A DNA stretch of 63,851 nt, counting the filler, from Octopus bimaculoides (taxonomy: Eukaryota): the NCBI RefSeq assembly GCF_001194135.2. It is 5 parts of 5 records of this genome, joined end to end, with 100 filler letters (N's around TTAATTAATTAA, not from the genome) between each part and the next. Parts side by side here need not be neighbours in the genome. Positions count along the whole stretch, not along the records: positions 36,796 to 50,819 come from NC_068982.1; positions 50,920 to 62,682 come from NC_069007.1; 3 more parts are not named here. The stretch is one strand, 5' to 3'. How positions within the stretch are numbered: position 1 is the first letter of the stretch; every line of letters begins with the position of its first letter. Shown here piece after piece: positions 38,240 to 53,009 of the stretch. Under the pieces are notes generated by a model. The model saw only the letters and a list, made by a program, of their open reading frames with translations, made no database searches and was not told where the DNA came from. A program made the position numbers and the translations under genes.

Positions 38240-38500
38240 GTTTTATTATCATGGCCGGGTTCCAGCCCGGTCTGCAGCAACAAAGTCCAGCCGCACACTT
38301 CTTGGTCCATCATCACTGACTCGAGGTCCTGGATACATTCCAGGTCAGTGTCTGCAATCAAGTCGTTGATGTAAGTGTGACGACGTTTTCCTCTTCTTGC
38401 ATTACCATGAAGTGGGTTCCACAGGACTAATTTGGAGGTTTCCATTCCAGAGTGACGCACGCAGTGACCATATAGCCTCAGCTCTCTTTGCTTGATCTAC
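38240..38500 (-). mobile_element. RTE-like LINE RT C-terminal relic
   Basis: SKLVLWNPLHGNARRGKRRHTYINDLIADTDLECIQDLESVMMD resembles the RTE C-terminal RGRP...TYID segment. Confidence 0.65.
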
Positions 38501-39072
38501 TCGCTAACATCCGTGCAGGTCTCCATAATGACATTCATTTGTCATCTGTTGCTGTCATTTCACATGTAGAGCCATTCGTTATTTTTAGCAGGTCGAATGA
38601 TATTATAAAGGCTCTACCACGATTATAATAGCGCTATTATTTTAGGTGCGTAGCATTAAATAAGCCATGAATGAGCTTAATAGTGTTAAGTGGTTCCTCA
38701 GCCACCGCGCTCGTCTTACTAGTTTAGTGTGTCTTGGACTTCACTAATGACGCGAGTTGTTAAAAGAGGTTAGCATCATAATTTGTTGGAAATTTCTCCA
38801 CTGTTATTTCTATCAAAGTGAGTGACCGTGTACAAATTCCCCAGTTCTCCCATTCAGTGAATATAATCATCTCTATTAGTTTGGTATTCACGTTTCTGAC
38901 ATTTTTATAGACTCTTTTAAAGAATAACAAACACACACAGATACTCATGCACACACGCTCTTAAATAAACTTTGCGAGGTATTTTATATATATGTATATA
39001 AAGTTATGTCGATTATAAAGACTATGAAAATGTCTCAGAAACGTGCATACTGAAAATAGGTGCGTGCATGTA

Positions 39073-39113
<41 letters not shown>

Positions 39114-40220
39114 TTTCGTATGTGTAACATTTCTGTATTTGCAATAGATATGTGGTTCTTGTCTTGTCAATGAACCTGTTGTTGTTCCCAATTTGTTGGC
39201 GCTAACCCAGCANNNNNNNNNNNNNNNNNNNNNNNNNNNNNNNNNNNNNNNNNNNNNNNNNNNNNNNNNNNNNNNNNNNNNNNNNNNNNNNNNNNNNNNN
39301 NNNNNNNNNNNNNNNNNNNNNNNNNNNNNNNNNNNNNNNNNNNNNNNNNNNNNNNNNNNNNNNNNNNNNNNNNNNNNNNNNNNNNNNNNNNNNNNNNNNN
39401 NNNNNNNNNNNNNNNNNNNNNNNNNNNNNNNNNNNNNNNNNNNNNNNNNNNNNNNNNNNNNNNNNNNNNNNNNNNNNNNNNNNNNNNNNNNNNNNNNNNN
39501 NNNNNNNNNNNNNNNNNNNNNNNNNNNNNNNNNNNNNNNNNNNNNNNNNNNNNNNNNNNNNNNNNNNNNNNNNNNNNNNNNNNNNNNNNNNNNNNNNNNN
39601 NNNNNNNNNNNNNNNNNNNNNNNNNNNNNNNNNNNNNNNNNNNNNNNNNNNNNNNNNNNNNNNNNNNNNNNNNNNTATATATATATATATATGCTAGTGT
39701 GTGGGAAGAAAGCCAGGCATGCATACAGAGATACATATGTACACAGTTGGCGTTATTAATAGAGTTTCATGGTAAAATTCTGCAATACACATTTAACGTA
39801 TACAGTGACACCTTTAAGTATATTCTTCATGCCTGTTTTGCTCAGGTGAATATCGATTTGTGATGGTAAACTTGTAATTTTCAAAATAGCATTTTGGTTC
39901 TTGTTCTTTTTTTACATATATTTTTATTTAATTCTTTTTCTGTCAGTCTAATTGTATTTATTCCGACTGAAACACCTGATAGAGCTGTAAATTGATTTAG
40001 TGTAACACTTTGAAATAAGTGTTCTTTGAGCGTGTGTTATGATATTTTGATTAATCCACTGGGACGTTGCACAGAAATGGAACACAACGAAGGTTACGTT
40101 ATGGCTGAGACTTGTTCAGTAATTTACGGAAAAAATTAAGAAATTTAATTAGCCTAGAATCTGAGAAGATGCTTCTATACGTGTGTTTATCTGTGTATGT
40201 GTGTGTGTGTGTGTACGTGC

Positions 40221-40299
<79 letters not shown>

Positions 40300-41109
40300 T
40301 GTGTGTGTGAGCTTGTGTGTGTGTGATCGTTTGTGCTTCGTTTGGGTGACAGCGTGAATGTGTGCGTAAATGCTTGTATGTCAGTTTTTCTCCACCTAGA
40401 CTTGCTTATCATTTGTCTATTGTACAAATCTCTTGCGGAAATTATGAAGAGTAGCTGGTTTAAATAAATACACTACATAGATGATTGTTGCTGTTATTGT
40501 TAATTTTGTTCATCCCACTTTCTTGGTAAGCCCTGACGTACATACACACATACACACAAGTATACACACCTGTACTCACATAAAGACATACACCCGACAG
40601 ACTTGTTCAAAGTTTCCGCCTGCCAAACTTTATTTACGAGCAGCTGTCTCAGTGTGCTGAGGAACCCCACTCAAATGATGCAGAAACAAATTAATATATT
40701 TACATACATAATTAATGGTGTGTTTGTATGTATGTGTTTTTATAAGTGTAAGTCTGCTAAATGGCCGATTTCATTGTTGAACAGTATTTGTTATTTTGAT
40801 AAGTAAAACATATGAGTTCCTCTGCATCAGAAAACCACGTTTCAAAAATGCCTACTAAAATTCATTTACTGCTATATTCTAGATAACTTTTAATTTGCGA
40901 AAAAGTAATTCTTTATTCTACCAGGGACAAAAATATTTCCGAACGAGATTGTCAGTAATTTTAGAACAAGTGGTGATATCTATGATTTGTTCATGGACTT
41001 AAGTATTAACTTCGTTTCCTACAATAATACAAGGTATTCGAAGTAAATTTCATAGCTTTCACAATATCACATTCCATAGCAAAAATATTTAAAAGGGAAA
41101 AAATAGGAA

Positions 41110-41880
41110 TATCAACTAGGTTGTGGTTGGAAGATGATAGCCCTCAGCTTCCACCACGGCCTGAAGACAGCTCAGGAACATGGCATGTGCCTTTTTTCAC
41201 TGTATCCCTGGGAAGATCTTCAAATAATTTGATCTTGGCTATCGGCTTGGCCTTAGTGTATCATGCAGAATGGTTGGTGTTTTACTCAGCTGTGCCCCTC
41301 ACGTAGTAACCTAAAGGAGTACAATCGGAGGAATTCGCAGGCCAGAAATTGGGGCCGGTGAAATCGTAGAAATTCTCTGACAGTCACTTCTGATGCTTTC
41401 CGGAGGCATGGCAAGGAGACGAATCCTGCTGCTACATATAAGGCCTTCCAACAGTAACTCTCTCCATTTTGGGTTTGATACACAGTCTCTAGCAGCTTCA
41501 AATAACCGTCTGAATTTAGCCTAAGACCCTGTGCAAAGATGTCGGGTGATGTCCGGCGTGTGAATGGTGTTAGAGCCCCTGCTGTGTCCTTTCCTGCTGG
41601 CCATGACTCGCTTGTCTCCTTCGCAGCTGTTTATGTCACGCTTTACAGCCTTTACAATATTCACAAAGTATTGTGCTGCAGTCATGATGTCGGCCTTCTA
41701 GCTGTAACCCTCTGGAGAGGGTTGCAGCTGTATTGACCACAATCTCTAGCAGCCTTACGTAGTCGTCTGAATTTCACGTAAAGCTCTGTTCAAAGATGTG
41801 GGGCAGCCTCATGTCACACTCATGAAGGCACACCCAAAGACCATCGCAGTTTGAGTAAACTTGTTTTCTATATTGTCCAT
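41110..41880 (-). mobile_element. DD37D/maT-type transposase relic with a tandem partial duplication
   Basis: TAMVFGC...PHIFEQ...NSDDYVRLLEIVV, then PDIFAQGLRLNSDGYLKLLETV...GRPY..QQDSSPCH...ENFYDFTGPNFWPANSSDC...EDLPRDTV...AVVEAEG. Confidence 0.8.
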
Positions 41881-42069
41881 TTTACGAAGAAACTCCAATC
41901 AATGTGATTTCAAATAACCTTTGTCTCTTCCTACCATATATATGTGACTTTTGAAAATATATTAAACCCAAATAGCCTGATTCAGATGTTCGTCAAAACA
42001 AATCTTTATCGTTCAAAAAGGATGTAGGTAGTGTCCATTACAATTTTCAGAAACTTCGAAACTGATGGA

Positions 42070-42071
<2 letters not shown>

Positions 42072-42142
<71 letters not shown>

Positions 42143-42229
42143 GAGAAATAGAGAGAGAGAGAAATAGAGAGAGAGAGAAATAGAGAGAGAGAGAAATAGA
42201 GAGAGAGAGAAATAGAGAGAGAGAGAGAA
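42072..42229. repeat. (GA)n microsatellite with periodic AAT interruptions
   Basis: Direct reading. Confidence 0.9.
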
Positions 42230-44311
42230 AGATATAATAAACTGAATACGTGACTTGAATACTTGTAACAAAATGAATTCTACTAAATGCATCCAAGGGT
42301 GAGGTAATGGTATTAAACCGGTCGATGGATTAAACCTTACACGGTAAGATTCGAACTCAAAACCTCGAAAAACTTGAATAAATGCTGAAAGTTATTCTGT
42401 TTGACGCTCTAACGATTCTAGATTCTGACAGTCCATTGCTGGTAATTACTTTATCGACACCAGGAAGATGAAAGTGGGACCCTGAATGAATGCCGCAAGT
42501 CATTTTGTCAGACACTGAAATGCTTCAATTAATTCGCCTTTCAGTAAGTTTTCTCCACTAGAGTTTTTAAACCTGGTAACAAGAGTCAAATATAATCAAA
42601 TATAAATGCATTCTTTAATAGCTCATTTTATATTTTTGTAAGTTTGTAGCTGTTTTGTATTTCTACTCTCGTCAGAAGTATTCGCAGATATATACCACCA
42701 TGGATAATTGCATTATATACCAGTGCCTAGAACTAGTTACTAGGAATAATGAATAAAACCAATAAACAAATTTCTATGGTATTGTTCCCATAATTAAAAA
42801 TTATATTTGTTCCCCATACTTTCGACTGGTCTAACTCAGGAATCAATGTTATTCACAAATTTACTTCTCACATTTTGTATGTGATTATTTTGGTTTCTAA
42901 CTTCCACGCAACACCTATTCTGATAAGTGAATTGGTTGCTGGCGGAAATTTTCAAGTATCCCTCAAGTCTGAACAAAGGCACTAAGTTCCACCTCACCTC
43001 ATGAAAGTAAGGTTGGTCATGGCCGAAGAAAACTCCGATCATAGATCTGCTGTGTCAGGTTCGACCTGGGCGAAACAACAAAAACAACAAGCGTTTATAT
43101 TTTTGAACCCAGAGAGAGGATAGAAAAGTTACCTCTAGCAGGATTTGAACTCACTATGTAAAAGGATTGAGTACAATGCTACATGGAAAGCAGCATGAAT
43201 AGCTACGAATTCTGCCACTCCATTACCTTTAATGAACGTGATAATCGTCGATCAAATCATGTGAAATATGATGTTTCTGATCAAAACGGAACAAAGAAAA
43301 ATGCATTTGGTTTCGAAGGAAAAAATAGCTAACAACTCCACCGATTACACATAAATATTAGAATAGTTTGAATCCTATTATCATCATTTTGCAGGTTGCA
43401 TGAAACACATCGTGTAAATATAACGTAGCAGTTAAAATTATAAAAAAAAAGCAGTTGGTGATTTACGGAGATCTGCGAACATTAAACAGAGTTGTTAAGT
43501 CATATTTTATAGCAATTCTTTTGTTGTAGAAGCAAACAACTGAAACAAATTCTCATTAATTATAGAATAGAAAGGTTTAGCATGTAAAAAATATTTTAAT
43601 GGCTCAGCTTAATTTGTGAGTATAGTTATAGCTGGATCGTTAAGAAGTTAGCAATCACGTGGTCTGGGATTTGATGCCTAACCCCCGCAGCTTGGTCGTG
43701 TGTCTTCTGTTATAAATTTGTAATTGAAATTTGGCTGACAGAAACTCACCGGAAGTTTGCCGGATGAGATTTATCTCTTCTTAGGTGATGCAAACAATTA
43801 GTCACCATGTTTTATACCGTATTCAGAACACTGGGTGATTTTAGCGTGGTTAGAGGATCATTCATTTAGAAGTACGTTCCCATTTCCAGTCTCAGAGCCG
43901 CAGTAAATAATATTTATGGGGCGACGCATCTCTTCTTGACTAATCTATTCAGAACTAAGTTTATTAATTAACTTTAGTGTTTAAGCTATAATATGACAAA
44001 GCCTTCAACATGAAAAGTATGGAGCTCATATTTATTGAGTACTTATTATGATGGGGGAACTTGGGAGAATCAGTTGAACTATGGACAGAATAACACACGG
44101 ATCTAGTTATACCTTTTTGAGAAGTACCATTCGAGAACCAGCTCTGTGTAAACGATTATATCCACTGCCAGTAACCAAATTTTACCTGTACATGTTCTGA
44201 AATCCCTGTAGTCGTTAATGAGCATTTCATATACGATATTGAGACAGAAATAGCTATTTTTGTTTCCTTTTCCTGAGATTAATATTATTTTATAAGAAAA
44301 GATTTGGCCGT

Positions 44312-44354
<43 letters not shown>

Positions 44355-45227
44355 CCGCGCGTGTATACACACATATACATATATATATACACACATATGT
44401 ATATATATATATATACACACATATGTATATAATTCCTCTCCTTCATTTAACAAAAACTTCTACGCCACAAACGCATTCTATAGGAAAAATATCATTTTTG
44501 TTACGTAACCCCAGAATCTATCCAGACAAGTTTTGCCATCCGTGTGTACACAGCTAGTATCCATATGTGTAAGTCATATATAAATAGAACTAAAATGTAA
44601 CCCTGAAAAAATTCAGCCTATGAAGTGTATAGAATCTGCAGACTATATGATTGTGAAATGGAAGATACTTTACAAAATCATATATTTTCGGTATATTTCA
44701 GTTAGACAATTGGAATTATCTACTGTCATCCGATTGAAATTATCTAGCAAAGAGTTACTCATCATAGCAACTTACAGACTTAAGCTCATTCATACATAAA
44801 TACATACAGTAATTAAGTACGTACATATATATGTATATATATATGCACACACGCAGACACACAAGCGCAGCCACACACGCATACACATAATATAACCGAA
44901 AATATCTAAGTGAACTTTGATAAATGAATTTCAGACCCCGCCTCACACACACACACACAGTATAATGGAACTAGACCAAAAATGCCTACAGACAGAGTAT
45001 CAACAAGGACATTTCTTTTTATGTATAACATCAAACAAATACACTACTACAACTCTGGTAATTAATACGCCCTGTTTCTACAATGTCTGCACTTATCAAC
45101 TGAAAATTATTTCCTAAACTATTAAAACTTTCCAGAACCTGTAACAATCTTCCGGTTTCACCTCACTAGAAATTTCATTTTTACTTTTGTATCTACATAT
45201 ATAGTAGGAATTTACAAAAAGAAAACA

Positions 45228-45298
<71 letters not shown>

Positions 45299-45373
45299 TG
45301 TATGTGTGTGTGTATATACATACATGCATACATACATACATACATACATTCATACATATATACATGCATATAT

Positions 45374-45725
45374 GGGTACAGGACATCACCAACGGTTCAG
45401 ACAACATGAAATACGTAAACAAACGGGTTAAATACATAAACAAGAGGACAATAGTGAACACTGTGAGAAATATTTTTTTGAAAAGCGAAACCGTAGAAGA
45501 GGTCGAGAAAACCGTCAGATCCTTTGAACGTCCGTGCAGGAAAAGAAAGATGGATGATGGTCACCTGTGAGCAAAGAGAGCGAGAGATAGAGAAAAAGAG
45601 AAAGAGGGGAGGGTCCTTTCTCTGTGATTACTTGTCCTGTTCTCCGTTTTTTTTCTCGTTTATGTATTTGACACGCTGGTTTGCTTATTTCATGTTGTTT
45701 GAACTGTTGGTGATGTCTTGTACCC
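45374..45725. mobile_element. MITE-like element with 68-bp imperfect terminal inverted repeats
   Basis: 45374-45441 (GGGTACAGGACATCACCAACGGTTCAGACAACATGAAATA...AATACATAAAC) matches the reverse complement of 45658-45725. No ORF; TSD unclear. Confidence 0.75.
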
Positions 45726-46327
45726 CCCACTAGCAGCTAAGCTTTGTTTCACCCGGTTATTTTGGATGATGTGGCTATAAAACTTGCTTTGTGTAAGCAT
45801 TCGACTTGTTTGGGCACGATTACATTGAAAAACAATTTTAGAATTACTCTTTTCTGTCAAAACGCTAAAAATAACTGACTAACAAAAAAACAATAACCAA
45901 GATTCAACCAAATCAAAAAATAAACCCAAATACTAACCGAACAATGATGAACCATTCCACTTCCATTGCACGCGCACACGCACACACGCACACAAACACG
46001 CAGATACACACTCATTCACAAACCCTACCTTTTGCATGCACATATATTCACACAGAGTTGAAACGCTGTTTGATTTATTTTTTCAGCATACAATTTTCAT
46101 AATCCTACTATCAAGTATGATATCACCCCTTCCTTCCTTATTCATCTATCACCCCTTCCTTTCTCATTCATAAACACAAGAGTATTATTATAGTATATTA
46201 TCTCGGTAATCACGGAAGCTATGAAAAAAATACAAAGCCCAGCATCACCACCAGATCATTCTACACATCTGTGCAATTTTTCGCGCAATTCCACCCAGCC
46301 GCTTGACCGTGAATCCCATGTCAAATT

Positions 46328-46364
<37 letters not shown>

Positions 46365-46439
46365 GGAAAAAAAGTCAAGGTAGAAAATGCTAAAATAATT
46401 TTATAAAAAACATTTCAGTACCGGTTTCTGCCACTGAGA

Positions 46440-46610
46440 CTTTTTCAACTGTAAGTATGGAAAGCAATTAAATTTAAATGTTTTCCATACTCTAACTTAC
46501 TAGACGCAAAGAGACCAATATCAATTTCAAGCGATGGTGGGGGACGAACACAAAGAAGCGGATGCACGCACACACGTACACATATATAACGCATACACAC
46601 GCGCATACGT

Positions 46611-46669
<59 letters not shown>

Positions 46670-46900
46670 CATACATACATACATACGTACATAGCCGCAC
46701 GCACATACCTGTACAAACACTTGCGTGCGCACACGCGGCATACTTCTACGCAGTTCTACACTTACAGAGCATTGGTTGATCTGGAATATACAAAAAGTCC
46801 CTTGCCTAAGGTACCACGCAGGAGGACTGAATCGGAAACCAGATGGTTGTAAAGTGAACCACTTAACCATGCATCGTTTTGCATATATGTATAATGCCCA
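46440..46900 (-). mobile_element. Highly diverged SINE family 1 copy
   Basis: CTTGCCTAAGGTACCACGCAGGAGGACTGAATCGGAAACCAGATGGTTG corresponds to the family 1 head; internal (TAGA)n. Confidence 0.6.
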
Positions 46901-49585
46901 TATACTGTTGTACTTATAGTATATCTGAATAAAAACATTGAGAAAGCCGACTGAAGTATCAATAAATGTGATATTTAAAAGAAAGACCTACTTTTATCAA
47001 ATGATAATGAGATATAAGTGAGCAGGATAATTGCTATAATCTTATATTTAAGTAATAGTACATCTATCCTGTCAGTATACTTTAAAGATAAGAAATTTAC
47101 AACGTTTATTTATTATAATTACACAGAATTTCACCTCCTACAAGACATACAAAGCAAAATATTCGTATTATTTCTATTAAATTGAATTAAAGTAACATTT
47201 TTTTATCTGTTTTGCCAGAGATTGTAATTTAATAGAAAGATGCTTTTTTTTTAAAAAGAAGTATGTATTAAAATTTTTTTTTAAATAGCTGTTTTGGAGG
47301 AAAGAAATAGCTTGGAATTGAATATACAATTTTTTGCTTGTTGTTTTGTCTGAAAGTCAGCCTGAGCGCTCAGACATTTTGTAGAAAAAGCTGCAGCAGT
47401 GATATTAAGGTCCGTTTTAGACACACTGAATCACATATTACAATATACCATGTATCCTTTAAAAAAGAAAAACAAAAAGACAGAGGGATGTAATATGAAG
47501 GAGACCTGAATGCTTTTCCAACTGAGTTCAGCGACCATGCAAATGCTCTTTCGTTGAATGCGCATCTGATAAAATTATTGTTATTCTTTAGCTTTTGGTC
47601 AGCAGTTTTTTATGTAGATGTTATGATCAGAGACGTACAAGTGATGACCATCTCGCTAAGTAAGTTACTTTTAAGTGAATGTCTGATTACATTATCTAAT
47701 GTATCATTTCTTTTTCAAGACACTGGGTATAATTTAATGGAGAGTTGGTTGCTATTTCTGACAAGTTAAACGAACACACAGAGGGTATCGCTTTGGCTTG
47801 TCTAACTCGCCCAGTCATGAGCACTTAAACGTGCTGCTATTTTTATGACTGCCAAGTTTGCAATAATGCAAACGTTATACTTAACAGACAAGATAACAGT
47901 GGAAATCTGTAGCAAGATACTTTGATATGTAAATACGTTTTCTTCTGATAAACTACATAAGAACCACAACGGCGTGCTTCTAAGTTTGCAGACGAATGCA
48001 CATGTGAATTCAAAAAGCTAAAGAAGTGATATAAACATAAAGTTTACGTTTTTCCGATAAGATCTACTTCTTTTCAGACGTAAATCCTTAAATATTTCGA
48101 AGATAAACATTGTAACACATAATCTAGACATCAAAATTTAANNNNNNNNNNATATATACCTTTCTAAAATTAGACAACATTTTTCAGTTCTAAGGGTGAA
48201 CATTCCCAATAACTGTTACTTATGATAATGAGAACCATTGAGGATGCATCTACTGATCACTCGGTTTGAAAGAAATATCAGTCATACCTCTCTCAACGGA
48301 CACCCCTTCGACTTTAAACAGGAAACGAGTACATTATATATTGTCATCTAATATGAAAACAAAGAGAAGGTTGAAGGCTGAAATACATACGATCTCGCAT
48401 CCACACGATCTCGGATAACAAATAGGTATATAACAACAAAATAAACAACTAGTAATATGAATTTCACAATAATATACACGTGCACACATTTGTATATGCT
48501 TGATGGATTATCTGCCTCTGCCTATATAAATACATCATACCATATACATATATATATATATGTATGTATGTACAAACACACACATGTATTTATGTATGTA
48601 AGTATATGTGTGTGTATGTATATGTATATATATATANNNNNNNNNNNNNNNNNNNNNNNNNNNNNNNNNNNNNNNNNNNNNNNNNNNNNNNNNNNNNNNN
48701 NNNNNNNNNNNNNNNNNNNNNNNNNNNNNNNNNNNNNNNNNNNNNNNNNNNNNNNNNNNNNNNNNNNNNNNNNNNNNNNNNNNNNNNNNNNNNNNNNNNN
48801 NNNNNNNNNNNNNNNNNNNNNNNNNNNNNNNNNNNNNNNNNNNNNNNNNNNNNNNNNNNNNNNNNNNNNNNNNNNNNNNNNNNNNNNNNNNNNNNNNNNN
48901 NNNNNNNNNNNNNNNNNNNNNNNNNNNNNNNNNNNNNNNNNNNNNNNNNNNNNNNNNNNNNNNNNNNNNNNNNNNNNNNNNNNNNNNNNNNNNNNNNNNN
49001 NNNNNNNNNNNNNNNNNNNNNNNNNNNNNNNNNNNNNNNNNNNNNNNNNNNNNNNNNNNNNNNNNNNNNNNNNNNNNNNNNNNNNNNNNNNNNNNNNNNN
49101 NNNNNNNNNNNNNNNNNNNNNNNNNNNNNNNNNNNNNNNNNNNNNNNNNNNNNNNNNNNNNNNNNNNNNNNNNNNNNNNNNNNNNNNNNNNNNNNNNNNN
49201 NNNNNNNNNNNNNNNNNNNNNNNNNNNNNNNNNNNNNNNNNNNNNNNNNNNNNNNNNNNNNNNNNNNNNNNNNNNNNNNNNNNNNNNNNNNNNNNNNNNN
49301 NNNNNNNNNNNNNNNNNNNNNNNNNNNNNNNNNNNNNNNNNNNNNNNNNNNNNNNNNNNNNNNNNNNNNNNNNNNNNNNNNNNNNNNNNNNNNNNNNNNN
49401 NNNNNNNNNNNNNNNNNNNNNNNNNNNNNNNNNNNNNNNNNNNNNNNNNNNNNNNNNNNNNNNNNNNNNNNNNNNNNNNNNNNNNNNNNNNNNNNNNNNN
49501 NNNNNNNNNNNNNNNNNNNNNNNNNNNNNNNNNNNNNNNNNNNNNNNNNNNNNNNNNNNNNNNNNNNNNNNNNNNNNNNNNNNNN

Positions 49586-49633
<48 letters not shown>

Positions 49634-51443
49634 TCTCTCTCTTTCTCTCTCTCTCTCGCTCTCTCTTTTTCATTTATTCTCGTATATACAAATACACACA
49701 CATGAGTATATAAATGTATATTATAAAATATATATAATTATAAATAGATGTACATTCTTCGTACCTATCTGTTTATTTATCAGTATATCGCTCTCTGTCT
49801 CTCTTACTCTTTTATGTATACATACATACACACACATACGAGCACATATGTGTGTGTGCGTATGTATGTATGTATGTATCTATGCATACGTACATATACA
49901 TAGAAATATTCTATATGTACAGTTTGTCAAACGTATCAGAACATATTTTTATACAGCTACGCACATTATTTATGCTCATGTGTGTACATACGCACGAACA
50001 AACACTTATTGTACGTGTGTGTGAATATCCTATGTGAGTATGCATGTGTGTGCGTGTCTGTATTTGTGTTTAATATTGAAATCAGTCTGATATACTTATA
50101 AGTGTAAGAACAGTAAGCATGATACACTTCCGGATTGGGACTTTTATAGGTACCTTCACTGCTAGAGCTAAGATAAGACATTTGCTGTGCTGATGAGGCC
50201 ATTGAGGAAGAATCACGTATGTAGTATTACTCTGATATCTCAAGACTATAAGCCAGCCTTTTATATAATGGCATACCAAATTTGAAGAATTTTTCATTTT
50301 CAGATTATCTCCTCTTTTTATTCGAGTTGCTCTTAAATTTCTTTCAGTAATTGTGACACATTTTGAGGCAGAGTCTATTCTAACAGACAGGCAGAGAGAT
50401 AGACAGACAGGCAGATTGACAGGCAGATAGACAGACAGATATATAGATAGATGCCATATTGTGAATTATTTAATTGAAACTGTTTTGGCATTCGCTAGAC
50501 AGAAATACAGTGTAGCTTGTATTGAGACAATACAATATAGAAATGACATATTTCGATTTTTGTCTGTATATTTTAACCCACTTCATTATTTTTCATTACT
50601 AGTTATCTATTGTACGAGTGTATAATTTTCCTTCATTTCACTTTTACATTCCATGGCTAGATCACACGAGGAGAATATAATACAGGTTGTTATTAAACTA
50701 CTGAAATAACAATGATTACGTTCGTTACACACCCTGTGCCCTGGCATTAATCCTCATAACTCTTGGTAACTATTGATCTCATATGCATCCATATGCATTA
50801 TATATATATATATATATATNNNNNNNNNNNNNNNNNNNNNNNNNNNNNNNNNNNNNNNNNNNNTTAATTAATTAANNNNNNNNNNNNNNNNNNNNNNNNN
50901 NNNNNNNNNNNNNNNNNNNATATATATATATATATATACACATACACACACACACACATTCTTCTGAATGAGATAGAACGCTTTTATCTTGCATTACATT
51001 TACATTAAATTTCCGTGAGGTGCCATGAGTCTGCATACATTCCAAATAGGTTCCCTACTCCAATCTGTTGCATTTCTTTTCTTGTATGTAAATCATGTTA
51101 TTACGTGTTGCTCTAAAGTTGACATGCATGATTATAAGAGTCCCCAATTCTGTGCTATTAATGCATGGAACCTCAAAATCTTAAACTATGCTGTTTTGTG
51201 TGGATATTTAGTTTTACATCCATGCAGGATTGTTTCCGATATATTTCAATGTACCATTTTACTGTCCACGTATTTTGGATTCACACTTTTGTAACATGTG
51301 CAACACCATTATGGCAGTAACTTTCCCAAACCAATGAAGTAAGTTATGGCATTTTATACATATACATATATATTTTAAGATCAATTTAGTATATATAAAT
51401 ACATGCAGGTGGGCATGGATGCATGTGTGTATATGTATGTATA

Positions 51444-51498
<55 letters not shown>

Positions 51499-52348
51499 NN
51501 NNNNNNNNNNNNNNNNNNNNNNNNNNNNNNNNNNNNNNNNNNNNNNNNNNNNNNNNNNNNNNNNNNNNNNNNNNNNNNNNNNNNNNNNNNNNNNNNNNNN
51601 NNNNNNNNNNNNNNNNNNNNNNNNNNNNNNNNNNNNNNNNNNNNNNNNNNNNNNNNNNNNNNNNNNNNNNNNNNNNNNNNNNNNNNNNNNNNNNNNNNNN
51701 NNNNNNNNNNNNNNNNNNNNNNNNNNNNNNNNNNNNNNNNNNNNNNNNNNNNNNNNNNNNNNNNNNNNNNNNNNNNNNNNNNNNNNNNNNNNNNNNNNNN
51801 NNNNNNNNNNNNNNNNNNNNNNNNNNNNNNNNNNNNNNNNNNNNNNNNNNNNNNNNNNNNNNNNNNNNNNNNNNNNNNNNNNNNNNNNNNNNNNNNNNNN
51901 NNNNNNNNNNNNNNNNNNNNNNNNNNNNNNNNNNNNNNNNNNNNNNNNNNNNNNNNNNNNNNNNNNNNNNNNNNNNNNNNNNNNNNNNNNNNNNNNNNNN
52001 NNNNNNNNNNNNNNNNNNNNNNNNNNNNNNNNNNNNNNNNNNNNNNNNNNNNNNNNNNNNNNNNNNNNNNNNNNNNNNNNNNNNNNNNNNNNNNNNNNNN
52101 NNNNNNNNNNNNNNNNNNNNNNNNNNNNNACACACACATACATACATAAATGTTGAATGATGAAAATGAGTGCTCAGCATTACATTGGTGGATATAAGTT
52201 CTTTATTTGTAAATTAAGGTTACCAGTGGTTTCATGTTAAGAAAAATAGGAAATATATTAATCTCTTAGCAGTTTTTCTAGCCAATCACATGGAGGAATG
52301 GTGTTCGTCTCCATTTTCGATAAACACACACACACACACACACACATG

Positions 52349-52403
<55 letters not shown>

Positions 52404-53009
52404 CTTTGTATAAATAAGAGATTACTACTCTCAAATATTGATTGTTGGTTTTTGTCGAGGACAATACAAGTAAGATATTTCATTTCCAGAAACTATTCTA
52501 CTTAGAAAAAAAGAGCCTTCTTTTTGTTGAATAGTTTAATGGTAGTCGCTAAGTAACTTGATGAATTTATGTCAGGGAAAAGACTACAATTCCTGTTTGT
52601 TTCTATTATGGTTACATTTCAACAACAGAAATTGAGAGGCCATCTTTTGTTCTCATTCATAATCGATTTTCTAAATGTTAGCTATGTTTATTTATTTTAT
52701 TTCTTTCAGTGTGGCCATATGATCTGCTCCATTATATGATGCTTGTCTATTTAACTGTTTTTGACACACATACATGCATGCACATACACACGTGTGTGTG
52801 TCTGCCTGCATATGTATGCGTGTGTGGATGATTATTCGTATAAAGTTTTCCAAATCTTTGGTAAATTGATTGATAGCAGTGTGTAAAGCACAGGCATGGT
52901 TATGTGGTTAACAAGTTTGTTTCACAACCAGATAGCTTTGGTTCAGTTTCGTTATGCAGCCCCTTAAGCAAGTCTCTTCTAGGGTGAGTGAATTTAGTAG
53001 ACAGAAAAA

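Noticed and set aside
50186-50260. CTGATGA-GGCC-ATTGAG...CTCAA hammerhead 5' half
   Set aside because: GAAA and helix III are missing, so it cannot be supported.
48457-52180. Long ORFs of 240-490 aa in the ORF track
   Set aside because: They consist of N gaps and dinucleotide repeats. The same applies to those at 6593-7012, 29218-30093, 39167-39759 and 56998-57970.
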